DNA of 13,429 nucleotides from Lentisphaerota bacterium. GTDB lineage: Bacteria; Verrucomicrobiota; Kiritimatiellia; JAAZAB01. The stretch spans positions 1 to 13,429 of the forward strand of contig JAAZAB010000165.1 of NCBI GenBank assembly GCA_012514555.1. The letters are read 5' to 3'. The notes beneath the pieces were generated by a model. That model was not told the origin of the DNA and searched no databases. It worked only from the letters and a program-made list of their open reading frames with translations. Numbering within the stretch: position 1 is the first letter of the stretch; each line of letters begins with the position of its first letter. Shown piece by piece: positions 7,463 to 13,429 of the stretch. The translations under genes were made by a program, and so were the position numbers.

Positions 7463-8491
7463 TCAGGGGTTGAATCTCACCCGTTCCGCCTCGTCCCATT
7501 TCCGGGCCCCGTACTTGAACTGCCATGAATTGCGGTCCGGGAACAGGCGCATGATGCAGTCTGCCGCATCGAAGGCATCCGGCTTGTTTCCAAGCCCGAG
7601 CGCCTGTTCCAGGCGTCGGCGCTGGCGGTAGAAAGTTTCCTCGCGGAAGAAGAAGCACAACTGCATCTGCGCCAGGGCCGCATCATATTCGGCGGGCCTC
7701 GGGTCCCGGCGGTATGTGGCGGCCAGCGCCGCGGCGTACTGCTGCATGGCGCCGTTGTAGTAATTCACGTTGGAGTCGCGCCCCATGAGAAGTTCATTAC
7801 CGTAGCGGATGGCGTTGGCGACATCGTTGCTTGTCGCAAGGGCCGGAAGCCGCCGAACAAAGGATTCCCCCGCCAGCCTGGCGTCCTGCAAAGGCGCAAT
7901 GGAAACGCCCTTGATGAAGCCGTCGAACAAGTCCGGACCGTTCGTCAAGGCCGCGGGAAAGACGAACAGGAACCTGTAGGAGTCCGTTTCGTTTTTGACG
8001 ACCAGGCCCAGGACGGCCATCTTTGCAGTGTCGCCCGAGAACCTGACGGCCGGGCATCCGAAAAGGTTGGTTGGCGCCCTGTCCAGGAGCACGAACCCGG
8101 GATAGACAAGCCGCGCGCTGCTTTGAAAATTATCCACCTCGGTGTCCATGTCCAGGAGGCAGCGGCAGGGGTCGCGGTTCGCGTCATAGAACATCGTCGC
8201 CTCTGTTCCGGGGCACTCGAACTGGCGCTTGGCCAGCATGCTGAGGGACTCCATCTGCACCCAGCCCGGCGGCATCCGGATAACGGCGGCGAACTCGCTG
8301 TCCTCGTACAAGTCCGGAGTTTTTTTTGCGGAATCGCGGCAGCCGGCGCTTCCGGCGGCCGCGAGCGCGAGCAGAAGCGCGGGCGCCAGGCGCATTATAA
8401 AATCCGGCAGGCGCATCCCGCGCCCGGATCCGTCCGACGGCATGAGCGCGCGCGGGGCGCCGGGCAATTCCGTATCAGGGCTCATTATCAT
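7463..8491 (-). CDS. Putative lipoprotein of unknown function (lipobox LAAAGSAGC); start codon uncertain (internal ATGs at 8416 and 8395 give a cleaner signal peptide)
   Basis: 342 aa in the longest ORF. MRLAPALLLALAAAGSAGC fits a type-II signal peptide with a lipobox Cys. I recognise no conserved domain. The gene is tightly packed in the operon, 18-19 nt from each neighbour. Confidence 0.55.
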   Translation of the reverse strand: MIMSPDTELPGAPRALMPSDGSGRGMRLPDFIMRLAPALLLALAAAGSAGCRDSAKKTPDLYEDSEFAAVIRMPPGWVQMESLSMLAKRQFECPGTEATMFYDANRDPCRCLLDMDTEVDNFQSSARLVYPGFVLLDRAPTNLFGCPAVRFSGDTAKMAVLGLVVKNETDSYRFLFVFPAALTNGPDLFDGFIKGVSIAPLQDARLAGESFVRRLPALATSNDVANAIRYGNELLMGRDSNVNYYNGAMQQYAAALAATYRRDPRPAEYDAALAQMQLCFFFREETFYRQRRRLEQALGLGNKPDAFDAADCIMRLFPDRNSWQFKYGARKWDEAERVRFNP

Positions 8492-8510
8492 TCATCCTCC
8501 TGTCCCGGCG

Positions 8511-8858
8511 TCATTCGATCAGCCTCAGAGCGTCGCCGATGGCCAGCGCCCAGCGCGACAGCGAGCCGGCCGCGGTTTCCAGCGTATGCCGCCCGCCGGG
8601 GTCCCCGCAGACGAGCATGCGCCATGGCTTCAGGTTTTCCGCCAGCCCGGCAACGCGCCATTCAGCGTCGAGAAATATCACGTCTATGGGCATGCGCATG
8701 AAAAACGTGTGTATGGCGCGGCAGTCCGGGAAGAACATGCCCTCGCCCGGCTCCAGCCCAACCCGGCCCATCAGGCCGCGCATGCGTTTGCGCAGGCTGA
8801 ACGCGCCGGCCACGCCGGTCAGCAGCACCCGCCCTGTTGTTGCATGCTCAAGGATCAT
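8511..8858 (-). CDS. DUF192 (UPF0127/COG1430) family protein
   Basis: 115 aa. Family-typical motifs are GLMGR, GMFF, IHTFFMRMPIDVIFLD and TLETAAG. The size and order of the motifs match DUF192. Confidence 0.7.
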   Translation of the reverse strand: MILEHATTGRVLLTGVAGAFSLRKRMRGLMGRVGLEPGEGMFFPDCRAIHTFFMRMPIDVIFLDAEWRVAGLAENLKPWRMLVCGDPGGRHTLETAAGSLSRWALAIGDALRLIE

Positions 8859-8870
8859 ATTGGCCCAGTG

Positions 8871-9794
8871 TCATTGGTTCATGTAGTACTGGATCATGAC
8901 AGGCCCGATCAGCATGATCAGGATTGACGGAAAGATGCAGCTTAGCAGGGGCAGCAGCATTTTGACGGGCGCTTCCATCGCCAGCTTTTCCACATATTGC
9001 GCCTTGCGCTCCCGGAACTCGCGGGCCTGGATGCGAAGGAGCGGGCCGAGCTCCGTGCCCAGTTCCTCGGCCTGGGTCATCATGTCGATTGTCACGGTAA
9101 TCGGCTCAATGCCTATGCGCCTGGCCATGTCCTTCATGGCATTGACGCGCCGCGCGCCGAGGTGGATTTCGTTGAGCAGGCGCATCAGCTCCTCCGAGAG
9201 CGGGCTCAGCGGAATGTTGCCCACGATCCGCTGGATCGCTATGGTCATGTCCATTCCGGATTCCATGGACAGCGTCAGCAGATCGAGAAAAAATGGCCAG
9301 TCGGACAGAATCTGGCGCCGGCGCGCGGCCCGGGCATTGTCGAGCGGCAGCACGGGAAAGAAGAAGGCCGCAAGGGCCAGGATGGCGACAAAGAGCAGGC
9401 CCGAGCCCAGGTCGGACTCCCGCTCGTGCGCGCGCTGGAAAACGAAGAGCAATGCCGCGCCGAGCGCGCCGGAGCCCAGCGCAAGAACGAACTGCAGCGA
9501 AACCATCTCCTCGGGCGTGAGAGCGGTGTCCACGCCGGCCTGGCGCAGCCGCGTGCGCATTCCGCGCACGAGGGCGTTATCCGCGCCAAGAACCCTGTTG
9601 AGGAGCCGCGTCATTCCGTGCAGCAGGGGTGTGATCCAGAGCATCCAGCCCACGCGCTTGCGCCGGTATTGCGACAGGAACATCCCGTAGCCTTCCATGC
9701 GCTTTGCCAGGAGCGAATAGGCCAGCATGACGGTGGCCGCGAAAAGCAGGATCAAGCCCAGCGTCATTTCATTGAACAATTCGCTCATGCCCAC
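8871..9794 (-). CDS. tadC: Tad/Flp platform protein TadC-like (GspF/T2SSF family, polytopic inner-membrane protein)
   Basis: 307 aa. It has an N-terminal TM helix, a cytoplasmic T2SSF domain (TLSMESGMDMTIAIQRIVGNIPLSPLSEELMRLLNEIHLG...), and C-terminal TM helices (LLPLLSCIFPSILIMLIGPVMI). It starts 6 nt after the tadB stop. Confidence 0.8.
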   Translation of the reverse strand: MGMSELFNEMTLGLILLFAATVMLAYSLLAKRMEGYGMFLSQYRRKRVGWMLWITPLLHGMTRLLNRVLGADNALVRGMRTRLRQAGVDTALTPEEMVSLQFVLALGSGALGAALLFVFQRAHERESDLGSGLLFVAILALAAFFFPVLPLDNARAARRRQILSDWPFFLDLLTLSMESGMDMTIAIQRIVGNIPLSPLSEELMRLLNEIHLGARRVNAMKDMARRIGIEPITVTIDMMTQAEELGTELGPLLRIQAREFRERKAQYVEKLAMEAPVKMLLPLLSCIFPSILIMLIGPVMIQYYMNQ

Positions 9795-9800
9795 CCCGGC

Positions 9801-10664
9801 CTAAAGACGAATGGATACTATCTTGCGGATCATGAAGAACCCGATAACGTCAAGCACCACGACTGCCGCCAGCATGGCCCAGCCCATCATTGTAGTGTAC
9901 ATCAGCCGCATCAACTCCGGGTTGATGAAATGGATGATGATGCCCAGGGCCACGGGAATAAGCACCACGATGATGGCCTGGAGTTTGCCCTGGCTTGTCA
10001 GGGCCTTGATCTTGCCGTCTATCCGGTTGCGCTCGCGTATCGTGTCGCTGAGCTGGCCGAAGACCACCGGCAGTTCGCCGCCGGTCTGTATCGTCAGGCG
10101 GACCGCGGCGACGAGAAGCATCAGGTCCGCGTCGTTCAGGCGCTTGTTCATGTTTTCAAGGGCTTCCTCGATGCGCACGCCGAGGTTGATCTCGCGCACG
10201 GTAAGCCGGAACTCCTGCCCGGCCGGGTCCGGGAGCTGGCGCGCGGCCAGGTCAAGAGCCTGGAGAAAAGAAAAGCCGCTGCGCAGTCCGTTGCTGATGG
10301 TGTTCATTGCGGCGATGAGCTGGGAATTGAACTTCTCACGGCGCCGGGCGACCTTCATGTGAATGAGAATGTCCGGGATGAACGCGCCAATGCCGGCGGC
10401 CGCGGCGGCCAGGATAAAAGGGACGGGGCGCATGAGGCCGGACGACACGACGAGCGCGATGACGCCCAGCAGGAAGGCCGATATCACCTTCATATGCATC
10501 AGGCGCTCCACGGGAATGAACGAGGCGCCCTGCTGGATCAGCTCGGCCGTGCGGCCAAGGTAACGCTCCTCGTACTCGCCATAGCCGCCCGCAAGCGAGC
10601 GGAGCAGGAGAAAAAACAGCAGGCTGACCGAGATGAACGAGACCGCTAGAATTACTGCCAGCAT
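9801..10664 (-). CDS. tadB: Tad/Flp platform protein TadB-like (GspF/T2SSF family); the real start is at the ATG at 10664, not the longer track ORF reaching 10874
   Basis: 287 aa from MLAVILAVSFISVSLLFFLLL. The T2SSF domain is FSFLQALDLAARQLPDPAGQEFRLTVREINLGVRIEEALENM...LTIQTGGELPVVFGQLSDTIRERNR. A GGGGA RBS lies 7 nt upstream. The longer ORF-track version overlaps the upstream ATPase gene in another frame. Confidence 0.8.
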   Translation of the reverse strand: MLAVILAVSFISVSLLFFLLLRSLAGGYGEYEERYLGRTAELIQQGASFIPVERLMHMKVISAFLLGVIALVVSSGLMRPVPFILAAAAAGIGAFIPDILIHMKVARRREKFNSQLIAAMNTISNGLRSGFSFLQALDLAARQLPDPAGQEFRLTVREINLGVRIEEALENMNKRLNDADLMLLVAAVRLTIQTGGELPVVFGQLSDTIRERNRIDGKIKALTSQGKLQAIIVVLIPVALGIIIHFINPELMRLMYTTMMGWAMLAAVVVLDVIGFFMIRKIVSIRL

Positions 10665-10680
10665 GTCGGAATCCCCGCGC

Positions 10681-12306
10681 TCATTTGACGACGAAAATGC
10701 CCATGTCCACGTCCACGCCCCGCTCGCGCAGGCGCATGATGAAGTTCGGGATCGTGCCCGTGGGCTGGAATTCGCCCACAACCCGGCCCTCGGCGTCGTA
10801 GCCCGACTGGCGGAACTCGAATATGTCCTGGAGCGCGATCTCTCCGCCCCCGGCCATGGGCAGCACCTCGGCAATGGCCATGACCTTTCTTGAGCCGTCC
10901 GAAAGGCGCGAGACCTGGCAGACCAGGTTCACGGCCGCCCCGATCTGCTGGCGGATGGCGGCCACGGGCAAATCCATTCCCGACATCAGCACCAGCGTTT
11001 CAAGGCGGGCCATCACATCCTTCGGCGAGTTCGCGTGCACGGTGGTGAGCGACCCGTCATGCCCCGTGTTCATGGCCTGCAGCATGTCAAGGGCCTCCCC
11101 GCCGCGGCACTCGCCGACAACTATGCGGTCGGGCCGCATGCGCAGCGCGTTCCGGACGAGCGTGCGTATGGAAATCTCGCCCTTGCCTTCGATGTTCGGC
11201 GGGCGCGCCTCCATGCGCACCACGTGCTCCTGGTCAAGGCGCAGCTCCGCGGCGTCCTCGATGGTCACGATGCGCTCGGCGCGCGGAATGAACGAGGACG
11301 CGATGTTGAGGAGCGTTGTCTTGCCGGAGCCGGTGCCGCCCGAGATGACCGTGTTCTGCCTGCGCTCGACCGCGATCCTGAGAAAAGCCGCCATCGCGGG
11401 GCTGAGCGTCTTGAACCCCACCAGGTCCTCCATCGTCAGCGGCTTTGCGGGGAACTTGCGGATGTCGAGGGATGCGCCGTCAATGGCCACGGGCGATATC
11501 ACCGCGTTCACCCTGAAACCGTCCGGAAGGCGCGCGTCAACGATCGGGGAGCTTTCGTCAATGCGCCGCCCGAGCGGGCCCACGATGCGCTCGATGATGG
11601 CCTCGAGCTGGCCGGGGCTGTCAAACTTGCGGTTCGAGGGCGCAAGCCTGCCCCTGCGCTCGACAAAAATCCTGTTCCGGCCGAAGCACATTATCTCCGT
11701 GATCTCCGGGTCGTTGATCAGGTCGTCGAGCGGGCCGAAGCCGAGCACGTCGTGCACGACCTCCTTCTGAAGCACATCGGCCGCGACGCCCTGGCGCTCG
11801 GCCTCGGCGCTCAGCTCGCCGATTATTTCGCCGATGAGCTTGCGGGCTCGCTGCCTGAGCTCCAGGGATGCCGCGGCGCCAATGGTGTCGAGGCTCTTGA
11901 GGTCCATCCGGTCGAGCAGTATCTCGTGAACCTTGCGCTTGAGCTGCTCGCGGGCGCCCGCGTTCTCCCCGATATCCGGCCTGGCGGCGGCGGCGGCATC
12001 CTCGACGTCGGACGCCTCCTCGAAGTAGATCATGTTCCATTCGCCGACGGTCAGCTTGTCGCCATTGTGCAGGCGCTGCTCGCGGCCGGCCACCGGGAGG
12101 CCGTTCACGGAAACGGGATGGCGCGAGGACACCGGCTGGACATAAAGCCAGCCGCGCACGTTCAGCACTCGGCAATGCATGCCGGCGACACCCTTTGCCG
12201 GGAGGCGAAGGTCGCAGGAGGACGACGACCCGACCGTGACGAACTCCCTGGTTTTCAGGAAAGACAGGTCCGTCTGCGTTCCGTCGGCATGGAGAAGGTA
12301 AATCAC
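10681..12306 (-). CDS. cpaF: CpaF/TadA-family secretion ATPase with an N-terminal FHA domain fused in place of the usual N-terminal extension; probable GTG start at 12306
   Basis: The FHA-like region is VIYLLHADGTQTDLSFLKTREFVTVGSSSSCDLRLPAKGVAGMHCRVLNVRGWLYVQPVSSRHPVSVNGLPVAGREQRLHNGDKLTVGEW. The CpaF N-terminal helical region follows (EQLKRKVHEILLDRMDLKSLD). Walker A is GGTGSGKTT, Walker B is DRIVVGECRGGEA, and the His box is TGHDGSLTTVHAN. The track ORF (to 12498) overlaps the secretin gene. The GTG at 12306 has a GGTGGTG RBS ~7 nt upstream and leaves a 25-nt gap after the secretin stop. Confidence 0.85.
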   Translation of the reverse strand: MIYLLHADGTQTDLSFLKTREFVTVGSSSSCDLRLPAKGVAGMHCRVLNVRGWLYVQPVSSRHPVSVNGLPVAGREQRLHNGDKLTVGEWNMIYFEEASDVEDAAAAARPDIGENAGAREQLKRKVHEILLDRMDLKSLDTIGAAASLELRQRARKLIGEIIGELSAEAERQGVAADVLQKEVVHDVLGFGPLDDLINDPEITEIMCFGRNRIFVERRGRLAPSNRKFDSPGQLEAIIERIVGPLGRRIDESSPIVDARLPDGFRVNAVISPVAIDGASLDIRKFPAKPLTMEDLVGFKTLSPAMAAFLRIAVERRQNTVISGGTGSGKTTLLNIASSFIPRAERIVTIEDAAELRLDQEHVVRMEARPPNIEGKGEISIRTLVRNALRMRPDRIVVGECRGGEALDMLQAMNTGHDGSLTTVHANSPKDVMARLETLVLMSGMDLPVAAIRQQIGAAVNLVCQVSRLSDGSRKVMAIAEVLPMAGGGEIALQDIFEFRQSGYDAEGRVVGEFQPTGTIPNFIMRLRERGVDVDMGIFVVK

Positions 12307-12331
12307 GTTTTCACCACCACTGTTCCGCCAG

Positions 12332-13429
12332 TTACCAGATGCGGTACAATTTCGGACGCTTCCGGGGCTTTGCGCCGGCCTTGGGCCGGGGCGCCTCGGG
12401 CGCCTGGTACACGCCGGTGCGCATTTCCTCAAGGTAGGCGTCGACCCGGGGCTGAACGTCCCGCGGAATGGGCGCGGGCGCCCGGGCGCCGAACTCATCC
12501 GGCGTGAGCGCCGACAGAATCCGCGGCGTCACGATGGCCAACAACTGAGTGTCCTCGTCCTTCCTGCTCTTGGAGCCGAAAATCCAGTCCAGAACCGGGA
12601 GATCGCCGAGGATTGGGCTGCGGGACTTGTAGAAGTTCTTCATGTTCTCGAGCAGCCCGGAAAGCACTATGCTCTGCCCGACCTGGCAAACCACGGTGCA
12701 CTCGGTTTCGAACTTGTCGAGGTTGAGCTGCTCGCTCCCGGACTTGGCCGTGGGTATGGACACCGTGATCTTCATCGTGTTAAGGATTTCCTTCTCGCTC
12801 ACGAAAGAGGGCCGGACCTCGAGCTGGACGCCGTACTCCACGTTCTTCATGTCCGCGGCCTGGACGCCCGAGACCTCGTAGTAGTATTCGCCCCCGGACA
12901 GGAACTTGCCGGCCTCGTTGTTCTTGGTGCACAGGCGGGGATGCGCGAGGATGGTCGCGTTGCCTTCATCCATCAGCACCTTGAGCTGCGGCGCGATCTG
13001 GGCGGACCAGGTCAGCGTAACGTCCATGGCGCTGTAGTCGGCATCCTTGCGGGTCTGCTGGCCCTGGACGCCGCCGTTCAGGATCAGGCCCTGCCCGCCG
13101 TCGAGCAGGTTGACGCCGATGTCGAACCCGCTGCTCTTCGTGACTTTCAGGAACATGATCTCGGTTTCGATCATGACGTCCCGAACCGAGAGCATGTCCA
13201 CCACGTTCGCCACCTGGGTCCGCGCAAGGCTCAGCACGTTCGACCGCTGGCTGTTGCCGAACACGAACCCGGAAATAAAGGCGGTCTGGCCGACGAGGTT
13301 GATCTTGACGGTTTCCACGCCGGCCGTGCGCCGGATGAAATCGGCAATCACCTCGTTTGACGGGCCGCTGTCGAAAACCGCGAGGTTGACCACCACGTCC
13401 GAGAACGCGGCCGCGATTTTCTGAACGCG
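12332..13429 (-). CDS. cpaC: Secretin (CpaC/RcpA/GspD family), C-terminal secretin domain plus part of the N-domains; the N-terminus lies beyond the window end
   Basis: It carries the canonical secretin C-terminal signature ILGDLPVLDWIFGSKSRKDEDTQLLAIVTPRIL, preceded by VEYGVQLEVRPSF...KITVSIPTAKSGSEQ. The reading frame is open to the window edge. A Pro/Lys-rich basic C-terminal tail (PRPKAGAKPRKRPKLYRIW) follows the secretin motif. Confidence 0.85.
   Translation of the reverse strand, partial: RVQKIAAAFSDVVVNLAVFDSGPSNEVIADFIRRTAGVETVKINLVGQTAFISGFVFGNSQRSNVLSLARTQVANVVDMLSVRDVMIETEIMFLKVTKSSGFDIGVNLLDGGQGLILNGGVQGQQTRKDADYSAMDVTLTWSAQIAPQLKVLMDEGNATILAHPRLCTKNNEAGKFLSGGEYYYEVSGVQAADMKNVEYGVQLEVRPSFVSEKEILNTMKITVSIPTAKSGSEQLNLDKFETECTVVCQVGQSIVLSGLLENMKNFYKSRSPILGDLPVLDWIFGSKSRKDEDTQLLAIVTPRILSALTPDEFGARAPAPIPRDVQPRVDAYLEEMRTGVYQAPEAPRPKAGAKPRKRPKLYRIW

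Noticed and set aside
6563-7528. 321-aa + ORF and others (6010..6426, 6261..6566, 6571..6966, 6894..7250, 5520..5891) antisense to the FHA-TM-TPR gene
   Set aside because: They are GC-frame artefacts: Arg/Pro/Gly-rich with no domain signatures, and they are fully contained within a longer ORF that has clear FHA and TM features.
8997-10649. 550-aa + ORF antisense to tadC/tadB; 8896..9690+ and 9811..10362+ likewise
   Set aside because: The composition is His/Arg/Gln/Asp-rich and non-globular, and it lies opposite two strongly supported T2SSF-family genes.
10665-10874. N-terminal 70-aa extension of the tadB ORF in the track (start at 10874)
   Set aside because: It overlaps the 3' end of the ATPase gene in another frame and is Ser/Arg/Trp-rich. 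The internal ATG at 10664 has an RBS and starts directly with a TM helix, so I called 10664 as the start.
12307-12498. N-terminal extension of the FHA-ATPase ORF (track start 12498)
   Set aside because: It overlaps the secretin C-terminus and is Pro/Arg-rich. The GTG at 12306 with an upstream GGTGG gives a clean 25-nt intergenic gap and keeps the complete FHA domain.
11035-12507. 490-aa + ORF and 10823..11770+ antisense to the FHA-ATPase gene
   Set aside because: This is an off-frame artefact opposite a gene with full Walker A/B and His-box motifs.

Overview
This is a high-GC (~65%) bacterial chromosomal segment with two gene blocks. On the + strand, a short low-GC non-coding region (1-680) is followed by an NfeD-like membrane protein and a flotillin/SPFH protein (a classic NfeD-flotillin pair), then an EntS/DHA3-like MFS transporter. 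On the - strand, a tightly packed eight-gene operon (4453 to beyond 13429; intergenic gaps of 6-25 nt) encodes a Tad/Flp-like type IV filament (type IVc) machine with an unusual make-up. It runs secretin (CpaC/RcpA-like, N-terminus outside the window), a CpaF/TadA ATPase with an N-terminal FHA domain, TadB, TadC, a DUF192 protein, a lipoprotein, a bitopic FHA-TM-TPR protein, and a second, short CpaF-like ATPase. No pilin, prepilin peptidase, CpaB or TadZ/CpaE is present in the window. The two FHA domains point to phosphothreonine-dependent (Ser/Thr kinase) control, which loosely resembles the Kil-type Tad-like systems of predatory deltaproteobacteria. The 5' non-coding region is also unusual. 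Perfect 26-bp inverted repeats (28-53 / 525-550) enclose a ~13-unit heptamer tandem array (TATCCCC/TAGCTCC) and a 52-bp palindromic element. That palindromic element recurs, inverted, between the convergent MFS gene and the tad operon (4378-4429). The many long ORFs antisense to these genes look like GC-rich frame artefacts.
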